A stretch of 64,000 nt of DNA from Candidatus Dormiibacterota bacterium (GTDB lineage Bacteria; Chloroflexota; Dormibacteria; Aeolococcales; Bog-877): the NCBI GenBank assembly GCA_049591595.1, contig JBAWFE010000027.1, positions 149,812-213,811 on the forward strand, written 5' to 3'. The translations under genes and the position numbers were made by a program. The notes under the pieces were generated by a model. The model was not told where the DNA came from and searched no databases. It was given only the letters and a program-made list of their open reading frames with translations. Positions 50,490 through 60,183 of this stretch are shown here, one piece after another. Every line of letters starts with the position of its first letter. The stretch's first letter is position 1.

Positions 50490-53000
50490 TTGATCCCCCT
50501 CCTTTGGCGCCGAGCGGCGCTGGCCCGCCTGGCCCTCGGAGTGGCCGCGCTGGCGCTGGGTGGCGGGGCGGTCCTGGGTACCCAGCTGACCTCGGGTGCG
50601 CTCCATCAGCAGGCGACCGCGGCGGTACAGCAACGAGCGGGTGCCGCCGAGTACGACATTCAACCGTTTGCCCGTCAGGGCTTCACGACTGCCCAGCTCA
50701 AGGCCATAGCCAAGCTCAAGGTGGTCACCTCGGCATCCCCATTGGAGGAGAAGGCCGATCTGGCCCGCCTCCCTTCCAAGGCCTTCCGGGAGGTGGTCCT
50801 GGTGGCGACCAGCGCCAGGGGGGTGGCGCTGCGCCCGCTGCCGGTAATTAAAGGGAGCAGCCCTCGGTCGGAGGATGAGGTGGCGGTGAGCCAGAACCTG
50901 GCCCCGGGCATCTCGCTCACCTCGGGTGCGGCTACCCCGGGCAAGGTCAGGATCGGCCAGCAGCTGCAGCTGGTCGAGTCCAAGGGGGTCAAGAAGTTCA
51001 CGGTGGTGGGAGTTGTCGCCAACTCCAGCTTGGGAGCGCCGTTCACCGCTGACGCCGTCTACATCAACCAGGCGACAGCCCAGAAGCTCTTCTCCTCGGG
51101 GCTGCAGGTGACCGAGGTCGCGGTCAGGCTCCGGCCCGGTGCGACCGTGCCCCAGCTGCTCAGCGAGCTCTCCCACTCTGTCCACACCCAGTACACCGTC
51201 AGCAACCCGAGATCAGTTCCGGAGGGAGATCCGGTGGGGGAGTTGCAGCCCATCCTTGACGGCATCACCGCGTTGAGCCTGGTGCTCGCCTTCGCGGTGA
51301 TCGCGGCGACCTTCAGCTCCCTGGTCCTCGACCGCCGCCGCGAGATTGGTTTACTCCGGCTAGCCGGAGCCAGCCGAGGTCTGATCTTCCGCAGCTTCTT
51401 GCGCGAAGCGATCGCCGCCTCGGCGCTGGGCGCCGCGATCGGGGTCGGGGTCGGGTACCTGCTGGCCCTGGTGCTGATCGCGGTCTCCACCCCCTCCGGG
51501 GTGAGCCCAGCGCCTCGAATCCAGGCCGACGTTGGTTGGACGGTAGTCGCCTTCCTGCTGGTACTGCTTCTGGGGGTGCTCGCGGCCGCGTTCCCGGCGG
51601 TCCAGGCAGCCCGGATACCGCCCCTGGTTGCGGTGCGACCGCCCGGCCTTCGACTCGGGCGGGGGTGGGCCTGGCAGCTTCCGCTGTTTGTGCTGGGAGT
51701 GATCGGGGCCGATTTCTTCTTCGAGAATGGAGGAGCGTTGGGAGTGGGCCTGGGCGCCGGTTTCGCCTACCTGGCTGTCTGCGCCGCCCTGGGGTGGATC
51801 GGTCCCCGCCTGGTGCGCATCCTGAGTATGGTCTTGGGCCCGCTGATCGGCACGCCGGTGGCAGCCATCTCCGCCCGCGGACGTACCCGTCCTGCCCGCA
51901 CCTCGCTCGCCCTGGCGGCCCTCTTCGTCAGCGTGGCGACGGCCATCGGCCTGGTGGGGCTCTCCAGTGCCGCCCTCACCGCGGGTCAGGTCTGGGTGAA
52001 CCACCTCTTCGTAGGCCAGTACCTCCTGGTCAGCCCGGTCGTCCAGACCACCAAGGTGGAGCAGCAGGTGCTGACCGCGATCTCGGCCAAAACCAGCAAC
52101 ACCACCGTGGTTGCTTCCGCCCCAGTCCGATTCGTGGCGGGGCGGGTGGGCCACGAGGCGATCTCCCTGGCGGCCACCTCGGCCACGGCCTACGGAATCA
52201 GCGGGGCGCTTCAGTTCATTCATGGCGACCGGGACTCGGCTCTGGCCCATCTCTCCGCCGGTCAGGGGGTGGTGCTGCCTCTTGAGCTCTCCGAGTCTCT
52301 GCACGCCTCGGTCGGCTCCAAAATCAAGGTGATCTCCGCCAGCGGATCCGGGTCGTTCCGGGTGGTCGGCGTGGTCGCCCACAGCCTCCCTGGCCCCTCC
52401 GGAGAGGAGTCGGCGGTGATCGACAGCGCCGCTGCCAAGAAGGACTTTGGCGCCGCCGCCGAGGGCTTCAACCTCATCCAGCTGGAGCTGCGGGGCGGGG
52501 CAGACCTTCAGCATCAGGTGGCCTTGGCCGCCTTCCGATACGGGTTGGAGGAGGAGACCGTCTCTACCGTGCGCCGGGGGGTGGACCTTGGCGTGCAGCA
52601 CGATATAGCGGCTCTCTCGGCGCTGGCCCTGGTGGGAGTGGTGATCGGCATCTTGGCCGCCATCAACACGGTCGTCCTCGGAGCCCGCGAGGGAACTCGA
52701 GACATGGCGCTGCTGCGGGTGGTGGGACTCAGCCGGGCGGAGACCCGTCGGGCGGTGATAGGGGAGGCGCTGGCCACCGCCATCGCCGGCTGTGCGGTCG
52801 GGATCGCTGTCGGGATCGGCCTGATCTCGCCAGAAGTTCACGTGGCGAACTCGGCCGCTCTGCCTCTCAGCTTCGGAGTCCCAGTCCTGGTGATCCTCGC
52901 GGTGGTTCTGGCGGTGGTCGTGGCCATCGTGCTGGCCGCCGTGATTCCGGCTCGCCAGCTCAGCAATCTCGATCCGGTGGCGGCGCTGAGCGTGGAGTGA
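50490..53000 (+). CDS. ABC transporter permease with two FtsX domains (MacB-type, 836 aa)
   Basis: Two repeats of one N-terminal TM, a ~200-aa extracytoplasmic domain, and 3 TM of FtsX type (LRLAGASRGLIFRSF... / LRVVGLSRAETRRAV...). Confidence 0.85.
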   Translation: MIPLLWRRAALARLALGVAALALGGGAVLGTQLTSGALHQQATAAVQQRAGAAEYDIQPFARQGFTTAQLKAIAKLKVVTSASPLEEKADLARLPSKAFREVVLVATSARGVALRPLPVIKGSSPRSEDEVAVSQNLAPGISLTSGAATPGKVRIGQQLQLVESKGVKKFTVVGVVANSSLGAPFTADAVYINQATAQKLFSSGLQVTEVAVRLRPGATVPQLLSELSHSVHTQYTVSNPRSVPEGDPVGELQPILDGITALSLVLAFAVIAATFSSLVLDRRREIGLLRLAGASRGLIFRSFLREAIAASALGAAIGVGVGYLLALVLIAVSTPSGVSPAPRIQADVGWTVVAFLLVLLLGVLAAAFPAVQAARIPPLVAVRPPGLRLGRGWAWQLPLFVLGVIGADFFFENGGALGVGLGAGFAYLAVCAALGWIGPRLVRILSMVLGPLIGTPVAAISARGRTRPARTSLALAALFVSVATAIGLVGLSSAALTAGQVWVNHLFVGQYLLVSPVVQTTKVEQQVLTAISAKTSNTTVVASAPVRFVAGRVGHEAISLAATSATAYGISGALQFIHGDRDSALAHLSAGQGVVLPLELSESLHASVGSKIKVISASGSGSFRVVGVVAHSLPGPSGEESAVIDSAAAKKDFGAAAEGFNLIQLELRGGADLQHQVALAAFRYGLEEETVSTVRRGVDLGVQHDIAALSALALVGVVIGILAAINTVVLGAREGTRDMALLRVVGLSRAETRRAVIGEALATAIAGCAVGIAVGIGLISPEVHVANSAALPLSFGVPVLVILAVVLAVVVAIVLAAVIPARQLSNLDPVAALSVE

Positions 53001-53007
53001 CTCGGCG

Positions 53008-54474
53008 GTGACCGCAGTGCCCGAGGAGGGGAGCCTAGAGGATCTGCTGGGCAACCGCGGCCGCCGGCTGCGGCGCCTGGTGTTGCTGGTCTCCCTGGGC
53101 TGTGTATTGGGGCTGGCCGCTTTCGCCATGCCTCACGAGTTTCCCCCCCGTCCGGGCGGACTGGCCTCCGACTACCGCGTCTTCTACGCAGCCGGTCAGC
53201 TGATCGCCAAAGGTGTGAACCCCTACCACCTCGGCACTCTTCAGGCGGCTGAGCAGGCGGCATACCGGTACCCGGGCCTGAACGCGGTCCTGGACAGCTT
53301 CGTGGATCCTCCGATCGCAGCCTGGGTGCTGGTGCCGCTGTCCCACCTTCCGTTCTGGGTCAGCTACGCCCTGCTCAGCGCCTTGGGCTTGATCTTGATG
53401 GTGCTCACAGCCACCTTGCTGGCGCGGGATCTCGGCTGGCGACACACGGGCATTCTGGCGGCGGCTGTGGTCTGCTCTTGGATCGGACTGCTGGGGTTGA
53501 TTGACGGTCAGTTCGATGCAATCCTCTTCGCGGCCCTGGCCGGCTCGATGCTCTTGGCTTGGCACGAGCGTAGCCTGGCCGCAGGATTGGTCTTGGGGCT
53601 GACCTTGCTGAAACCCACCTTGCTCTGGCCCGTCCCGATCTTCATGTTTCTGGCGCTCTGGCCGGACCGCCGGCGGGCTGTTCACTTCGCCGCCGGGTTC
53701 GTGTTGGTGGCCGCGGGTTTCCTGCTCGCCAGCGGGACCTGGCTCGGTTCATGGTGGCACCAGTTGAGCGTGTTTGGGGGGGCGATCGGGACGCAGCAAC
53801 CGGACCTCTCCGGTCTTCCCGGACTGCTCGGGGCAGCGCCGCACTCATGGCGGCTGGGCACGGGGTTGAGCTCGCCAACCACGATCGGACTGGTGGTTCT
53901 GGCCCTGGCATCGATGGTGGTCTTCGCTGTCTGGATGATGTTCTCTCCGGACTGGCGTCGGGTGAGCCCCGTGGGTCGGGTCACCTGGGCGGTTGCCCTG
54001 CCGGTCGGAATCTGGCTGCTGGCGATTCCCTACGCCCATCCCAACGACGACCTGTTGCTGCTGCCGCTGTTCATGCTGACGGTCGGTCGCGATGCACGAC
54101 GGGTCCATGGGCTAGGACTCGGCCTCTCGGCGGCAACGCTGGTGCTGCTCTTGCTCATCTGGCCGGCTAACGTCGTTCCTTGGCCAGCTGGATTGCTGGC
54201 GCTGGCGCTGCTCTCGGCCGCGGTCTGGCATTGGCGGACCGACATCCGACTGACCGGCTTCGGGGCGGGCCTATGCGTCCTGGCCTTGGCGACCCTGCCC
54301 CCGGTCTGGAGCTTTCACCTACTCGCGGTCGGCCTGACTCCGATCGCGGTACTTATCGTGGTGGTGGAGGGTGCGCGAACCTGTTGGATGGAGGTCGGCG
54401 GCGCGGGCACCGGCCCTGCTTACTTCGAAGAGCCTAGTGCGCTGGGGATTGCCCAGCCGGTAGGCGGGGCATAA
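53008..54474 (+). CDS. GT87/DUF2029-family polytopic membrane glycosyltransferase (polyprenol-P-sugar dependent type)
   Basis: DYRVFYAAGQLIAKGVNPYH matches the DUF2029/GT87 loop motif. >10 TM. Confidence 0.5.
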   Translation: MTAVPEEGSLEDLLGNRGRRLRRLVLLVSLGCVLGLAAFAMPHEFPPRPGGLASDYRVFYAAGQLIAKGVNPYHLGTLQAAEQAAYRYPGLNAVLDSFVDPPIAAWVLVPLSHLPFWVSYALLSALGLILMVLTATLLARDLGWRHTGILAAAVVCSWIGLLGLIDGQFDAILFAALAGSMLLAWHERSLAAGLVLGLTLLKPTLLWPVPIFMFLALWPDRRRAVHFAAGFVLVAAGFLLASGTWLGSWWHQLSVFGGAIGTQQPDLSGLPGLLGAAPHSWRLGTGLSSPTTIGLVVLALASMVVFAVWMMFSPDWRRVSPVGRVTWAVALPVGIWLLAIPYAHPNDDLLLLPLFMLTVGRDARRVHGLGLGLSAATLVLLLLIWPANVVPWPAGLLALALLSAAVWHWRTDIRLTGFGAGLCVLALATLPPVWSFHLLAVGLTPIAVLIVVVEGARTCWMEVGGAGTGPAYFEEPSALGIAQPVGGA

Positions 54475-54486
54475 TCCACTGAAGTA

Positions 54487-57186
54487 ATGAGTGTCTTCAG
54501 TCGGATCTACGACCCCACCCGCCGCGAGGTCCGCCGTCACACCGGCGAAGTGGAGGAGATTGGCGAGGTCGGAGAGGAGCTCAAGCCCCTATCGGACGAC
54601 GAGCTGCGGGCCAAGACTGACGAGTTCAAGGGCCGCCTCGAGGAGGGTGAGACCCTCGACGACCTCCTCGTCGAGGTCTTTGCGGTAGCTCGAGAGGCGG
54701 CCCAGCGTCACGTCGGGATGCGACCCTTTGACGTGCAGTGCCTGGGGGGCATTGTCCTGCACCAGGGGAAGATCGCCGAGATGAAGACCGGCGAGGGAAA
54801 GACGTTGGTGGCGGCCCTGCCCCTCTACCTGAACGCCCTGTCGGGAAGAGGCTGCTTCTTGGTCACCGTCAATGACTTTCTGGCTCGCCGTGACGCCGGC
54901 TGGAACGCCCCGATGTTCCATGCCCTGGGGATGCAGGTAGGGGTGATCATCCCCGACCAATCTCTGGTCTATGACCCGGAGTACACCGACGAGGCGCATA
55001 GCGATGTGCGGCTTCGGCACCTGCGACCGGTGTCGCGTGGCGAGGCGTATCAGGCAGATGTCGTGTACGCCACCAACAACGAGATGGGATTCGACTACCT
55101 GCGCGACAACCTCGCCAGGTCGCTCGACCAGAAGGTGCAGCGAGACCGCTACTTCGCGATCATCGACGAAGTCGACTCGATCCTCATCGACGAAGCTCGC
55201 ACGCCTCTGATCATCAGCGGACTGGGTGAAGAAGCGCCGGAAAAATACTACCAATACGCGCGACTTATTCCCCGGCTGACGGCGGAGGTCGACTACACCA
55301 TCGACGAGAAAACCAAGTCGGGAAGCCTCACTGACGAGGGGATCGAGAAGATCGAGCGGATGACCGGGGTGGCCAACATTTATGACATCGAGCATGTGGA
55401 GGAGGCGCACCACATCAACCAGGCCTTGCGGGCCCACGCGCTCTACCTCAAGGACCGCGAGTACATCGTTCGGGATGGCGAGGTGGTGATCGTCGACGAA
55501 TTCACTGGACGCACCATGCCCGGCCGACGGTGGTCGGACGGTCTGCACCAGGCGATCGAGGCCAAGGAGGGGGTCAAGGTACAGCAGGAGCAGCGGACGC
55601 TGGCCACTGTGACTTTCCAGAACTACTTCCGCACCTTCGAAGTGCTGGCCGGGATGACCGGGACGGCCATCACCGAGGCGGAGGAGTTCCACAAGATCTA
55701 CCGCCTGGAGGTGGTGCCGATACCGACCAACAAGCCGATGGTGCGACTCGACGAACCGGACCTCATCTTCCGCTCGGAGGAGGTCAAGTTCAAGGCCATC
55801 GCCGACGAGATTGAGGAGCGTAGCCGGAAGGGTCAGCCGGTGCTGGTGGGCACGGTGAGTATCGAGAAGAGCGAGCGCCTCTCGCGACTCCTGGAGAAGC
55901 GGGGCGTCACCCACGAGGTTCTCAACGCCAAGCAGCACGAACGCGAGGCCGAGGTGGTGGCGGCGGCAGGTCAGCGGTCAGCGGTAACCATCGCCACCAA
56001 CATGGCCGGTAGGGGTACTGACATCGTGCTCGGGCAGGGTGTCCAGGAGCTGGGCGGTCTCTACATCATGGGTACCGAAAGACATGAGTCACGGCGGATC
56101 GACAACCAGCTGCGAGGCCGTGCGGGACGACAGGGTGACCGCGGTGAGAGTCGCTTCTTCCTCTCCTTTGAGGATGACCTGATGCGCGTGTTCGGTGGGG
56201 AGCGGATGCGGGGATTGATGGCGCGGTTCGGAATGGACGAGGACGTGCCCATCGAATCCGGAATGGTCAGTCGCCAGATCGAGTCGGCGCAGTCACGGGT
56301 GGAGGGCGCCAACTTCGATAGTCGACGTTACGTCGTTGAATTCGATGACGTGGTCAACATGCAACGCGCCATCATCTACGCAGAGCGGGACCGAATCCTG
56401 GAAGGTGTCGACACCCGCGACAACATCAATCAGTGGACCGAAGAAGTTGTCCGGGACCTGATCACGGTCTATTGCCCCGGCCGACACCAAGCCCAGTGGG
56501 ACCTGGATGGGCTGTGGAATCGTCTGCGCTACGTTTTTCCCTTCCCACCTGCTGAGGAGGTCGAACTAGAACAGCTCGGCGAAAGCCCGGAAGAGGTGAC
56601 CGACACCCTGATCCACGAGGCAGAGCGCCTCTATACGGAGAAGGAGGCGCTCTACACCGAGGACGTGGTGAGGATTGCCGAGACGCAGCTAATGCTGCAG
56701 TTGATCGACCAACGGTGGGCGGACTATCTCACCACTCTGGAACATCTCAAGGATGACATCCGCTGGCAGTCGTTGGGTCAGCGAGACCCGCTCGTCGAGT
56801 TCAAGGCTGAGGCCTTCTCCGCTTTCTCGTCCTTCCAGGAGTCGCTCAAGCAGGAGATCGTCCGCTACCTGTTCCATGCGGAGATCCAGGTCACCCCAGC
56901 GGAGGCAGCCCCGCTCGAGGGGGTGGCTGTGCATCCTGATGCAGGACGGCCCGGAGAGGTCGGCTCCGATCCTAGGGCCATGCTGACGAATCCCGCTTCC
57001 TTGGAGGAGGCGCCCCAAGCGGTGGCCGGGCCACCAGCCAGGTCGATGACTAGTCCTAGCCAGCCCCTCCGCAGCGGTGCGACAGCTCAGGTAGCCGCGG
57101 CCGGCGGGGCTCCAGTCAGCCGCAATGCTCTTTGTCCATGCGGTTCTGGCCGTAAGTACAAGCGGTGCCACGGAGCGACCGAATGA
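54487..57186 (+). CDS. secA: preprotein translocase ATPase SecA
   Basis: DEAD-motor motifs (MKTGEGKT, IIDEVDSILIDEARTPLIIS, TNMAGRGTDI). C-terminal zinc-binding CPCGSGRKYKRCHG. Confidence 0.97.
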   Translation: MSVFSRIYDPTRREVRRHTGEVEEIGEVGEELKPLSDDELRAKTDEFKGRLEEGETLDDLLVEVFAVAREAAQRHVGMRPFDVQCLGGIVLHQGKIAEMKTGEGKTLVAALPLYLNALSGRGCFLVTVNDFLARRDAGWNAPMFHALGMQVGVIIPDQSLVYDPEYTDEAHSDVRLRHLRPVSRGEAYQADVVYATNNEMGFDYLRDNLARSLDQKVQRDRYFAIIDEVDSILIDEARTPLIISGLGEEAPEKYYQYARLIPRLTAEVDYTIDEKTKSGSLTDEGIEKIERMTGVANIYDIEHVEEAHHINQALRAHALYLKDREYIVRDGEVVIVDEFTGRTMPGRRWSDGLHQAIEAKEGVKVQQEQRTLATVTFQNYFRTFEVLAGMTGTAITEAEEFHKIYRLEVVPIPTNKPMVRLDEPDLIFRSEEVKFKAIADEIEERSRKGQPVLVGTVSIEKSERLSRLLEKRGVTHEVLNAKQHEREAEVVAAAGQRSAVTIATNMAGRGTDIVLGQGVQELGGLYIMGTERHESRRIDNQLRGRAGRQGDRGESRFFLSFEDDLMRVFGGERMRGLMARFGMDEDVPIESGMVSRQIESAQSRVEGANFDSRRYVVEFDDVVNMQRAIIYAERDRILEGVDTRDNINQWTEEVVRDLITVYCPGRHQAQWDLDGLWNRLRYVFPFPPAEEVELEQLGESPEEVTDTLIHEAERLYTEKEALYTEDVVRIAETQLMLQLIDQRWADYLTTLEHLKDDIRWQSLGQRDPLVEFKAEAFSAFSSFQESLKQEIVRYLFHAEIQVTPAEAAPLEGVAVHPDAGRPGEVGSDPRAMLTNPASLEEAPQAVAGPPARSMTSPSQPLRSGATAQVAAAGGAPVSRNALCPCGSGRKYKRCHGATE

Positions 57187-57290
57187 TGTGGCGAGTCCCC
57201 CGCTGACCGGCGCGTAATCCAGCGCCAGGAAGGTGGCACCGACGATCCGGCGACTCCTGAAATAGACGACCGCCTGCTAGTCAAGCGACG

Positions 57291-58673
57291 TCAGACGGCC
57301 GATGCGGTTGCCTGGCCGACCGGCGCAAGTGCCGGGGCCGGTGCACTGCCGGGTACCTCTTCGAGTTGCCAATCTCCTGACAAGGCGGAACTCCCGGCCG
57401 CCAGCGCTGCCCACATGGCGGCGAAGGCCACGAAGTAGTAATCGATGAAGGCGAACTTGGCAAAAAACATGGCAAAAATCGTGACTACCGCGGCATCGGT
57501 GAGAATCCCCCCGAACCCCTGAGTGGGCCGGGTCATGATCAAGGCGAGGACCAATCCGGCGGCGGCGATGCCGAGGAACCCCGGGAGGGGATGGTGACCA
57601 ATCAGGGTCAGGATCCCGGCCAACGACAGCGAACCGGTACCCACCTGGCCATGAAAGTGGACGCCGATCGTGTAGTACCAGTAGCGGCCAATTCCTGTCC
57701 ACAACGCGAAGCACGCGACGATCACCAACCCGATGCCGACCGCCGCCACTATCTCCGTCATCATTCGACGGCTGCGCAGAAATAGGACCAGCAGGAGCGG
57801 GCCGGCCTGCACCGGCGCACACCCCATGGTCAGGCCAAGCACGATGATGGAGGCGGTGCGGTGGGAGCGGCGCAGCACCAACCACCAGGCGATGCCGGCG
57901 ATGACCACCAGCATCGGCCAGGCGTTGATTACCATCGCAACCATCAGCGGCGCCAGGCAGACCGTGACTGCAACCCGCAGCCCCTCAGCCCGGGAGCCGG
58001 CCAGCCGATACAGCGCGGCAGCCAACCCGGCGGCCGCCAGCACTGAGATCACCCGGGGATCCCCGAAGAGCAGGCCCACAGCGGCCAGTACGGCCACGAT
58101 GGGGCCGTAGGTGAAGTGAACTAGACGGGGAGCTCCGATGGTGGTGGAGCGGTGGACGGCCAAGTAGGGGTCAGCGCCGTGGAGTAGAGCATGCCCGGCT
58201 GAGCGCAGCCCGAAGAGCACGTCGATCTGGGAGGGGTCCCACCGCCAGGTCAAGGCGAGGAAGGTCAGGGCTCCCACGCCCGCCACCACCAACGCGACTT
58301 GGTCATGACCTGTGGCGATCAACGCCGCTGCCGCCAAGGCTGCCAGCACGTAGACCCAGACCGACCAGCCGTGCGGCCATGCGCTGAAATTTGCCAGCAG
58401 CAGAGAGAGACCGAGCGCGGCCACCGCAGCCGCCCAGAGCCATGTCGGGGGCGAGCCACTGGGCAGGCTGCGGCAGATCAGGAGGAGAGCGACGGTGGCG
58501 CCCAGGGCAACCAGCGCCAGGTCGCTGATGTACCCAGCGTGATTGACAAGCGCCAGATCCAGGGTGAAGAGAGCCAGCAGGAGGGCGCCTTCACGAGTCA
58601 GCGACGGCAGCGGTACTGACGAGGGCCAGAACCTTGCCAGGGGCGACCTGGGCACACCCGCCGGGGCCTCCAT
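57291..58673 (-). CDS. DUF2029/GT87-like polytopic membrane protein
   Basis: HALLHGADPYLAVH loop motif and ~12 TM. The likely start is ATG 58673 (MEAPAG...); the ORF is open to 58826 but that would overlap the prfB start. Confidence 0.45.
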   Translation of the reverse strand: MEAPAGVPRSPLARFWPSSVPLPSLTREGALLLALFTLDLALVNHAGYISDLALVALGATVALLLICRSLPSGSPPTWLWAAAVAALGLSLLLANFSAWPHGWSVWVYVLAALAAAALIATGHDQVALVVAGVGALTFLALTWRWDPSQIDVLFGLRSAGHALLHGADPYLAVHRSTTIGAPRLVHFTYGPIVAVLAAVGLLFGDPRVISVLAAAGLAAALYRLAGSRAEGLRVAVTVCLAPLMVAMVINAWPMLVVIAGIAWWLVLRRSHRTASIIVLGLTMGCAPVQAGPLLLVLFLRSRRMMTEIVAAVGIGLVIVACFALWTGIGRYWYYTIGVHFHGQVGTGSLSLAGILTLIGHHPLPGFLGIAAAGLVLALIMTRPTQGFGGILTDAAVVTIFAMFFAKFAFIDYYFVAFAAMWAALAAGSSALSGDWQLEEVPGSAPAPALAPVGQATASAV

Positions 58674-58789
58674 CCGGCGATTATCCGAGGCGTGAGAGGG
58701 GCATCGGTGACGGCAGGGTCGCAAATCGGCAGCTTTACGCCGCGTCAGACGGCGGACCGTTGATCGGAGAACGGTAGACTCAGCTGCAA

Positions 58790-59906
58790 ATGGATGAGTT
58801 GAGCACCCGCGCCCAGCAGCTAGCACGACGAGCCGCTCAGCTCAAGGAGCATCTTTGACTTCGCGGGCAAGGGAGCTCGGGCTGAGCTCCTAGAGGAGGA
58901 ACTAGGCCGCGAGGGAGCGTGGGACGACCCTACCCGCGCCCAGGAAGCGTCGCAGGAGCTGAGCCGGCTGCGCGGCGAACTCCAGGAGCTCTCCACGCTG
59001 GACAGACGGGCCCAGGACGCCATTGAACTGGCCGAGCTTCTGGAGGAGGACGCCTCGGGAGCGGACGAGGTGGTGGCCGAGTTGACGCTGATCGAGAAGG
59101 AGCTGGACCGCCGCGAGCTGGAGCTGCTGTACCAAGATCCTTACTCCAACTACCCCGCCCTGCTCTCGGTCCATTCGGGTGCCGGCGGTACCGACGCCCA
59201 GGACTGGAGCGAGATGCTGCTGCGGATGTATCTCAAGTGGGGTGAATCTCACCGGATGGAGACCCATCTCCTCGATCAGTCCGAAGGCGAAGAGGCAGGT
59301 ATCAAGAGCGTGACCGTGCGCTTCACGGGAACCCACGCCTACGGCCAGCTGCGGGCAGAAAAGGGAGTACACCGACTGGTGCGGATCAGTCCCTTTGACG
59401 CGGCACACCGGCGTCACACGGCGTTCGCGCTGGTAGAGGTCTATCCCGAGATACCCGACGAAGTTGAGGTGGAGATCGACGAGAAGGACGTGCGCGTCGA
59501 TGTCTACCGGAGCTCGGGCGCCGGAGGCCAGCACGTCAACAAGACCTCGTCGGCGGTCCGGCTCACGCACATCCCGACCGGGATCGTGGTGACCTGTCAG
59601 AACGAGCGCTCACAGCAGCAGAACCGGGAGGCCGCCTGGCGGGTGCTGCGCTCTCGGTTGCTGGACTACCAAAGGGCCCAGCGGCTGGATCATTTGGCCG
59701 ACCTGAAGGGCGACCTGATCTCCCCCGAATGGGGCAACCAGATCCGCTCCTATGTGCTCCAGCCATACACCCTGGTCAAGGACAACCGCACCGCGGTGGA
59801 GGTGGGGAACGTGGAAGCCGTGCTGCAGGGCGAGATCGACCCGTTTATCGAGGCTTACTTGCGCCTGGAGGCCACCAACCGCGAGCAGGAAGGCGGGGCG
59901 GCGTAG
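58790..59906 (+). CDS. prfB: peptide chain release factor 2, requiring a programmed +1 ribosomal frameshift at 58853-58859
   Basis: The zero frame MDELSTRAQQLARRAAQLKEHL stops at TGA 58856-58858. The +1 frame from 58857 continues DFAGKG... through SPF and GGQ (SGAGGQHVNKTSSAVRLTHIPTGIVVTCQNERSQ) to 59906. The site AAGGAGcatCTTTGAC has the same architecture as E. coli prfB. Confidence 0.9.
58844..58859 (+). promoter_or_regulatory. prfB autoregulatory +1 frameshift site (internal SD AAGGAG, 3-nt spacer, CUU UGA C)
   Basis: aaggag cat ctt tga c, read directly from the sequence. Confidence 0.85.
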
Positions 59907-60183
59907 GTTCCCACATCAGTTCGCCGATTTTGGCTTGCGGGAACGCGAATGCGTGTGCAGGTGACGGCCCAAACACGCCATGTACCGAGACTGACCCCTT
60001 CGGTGGGTCGCGGGTCGCAGGTACCGGTCACGAAAGGTATACTCGGGCCAAAATCGAGAACGGCCAAGGGCTTCAACACTCTCCCATTTTGGGGGTCCGC
60101 CCGTCGGCTGCCAGTCCGCCTGGCACGAGGACCAAGCCTCCCCTGATGTCGATTTCCACCAGCCCGCCGGTACCGGTCGTGAT

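Noticed and set aside
51360-53129. 589-aa minus-strand ORF
   Set aside because: Antisense to the double-FtsX permease, whose TM/extracytoplasmic architecture is clear. The product is extremely Arg/Gly/His-rich.
54589-55938. 449-aa minus-strand ORF
   Set aside because: Antisense to secA.
58820-59570. Minus-strand ORFs of 67 and 222 aa
   Set aside because: Antisense to prfB. The apparent gap they fill is explained by the programmed frameshift in prfB.
59949-60146. 65-aa Arg-rich ORF between prfB and ftsE
   Set aside because: No RBS or domain, and the composition is consistent with random high-GC translation. Kept only as part of the spacer observation.
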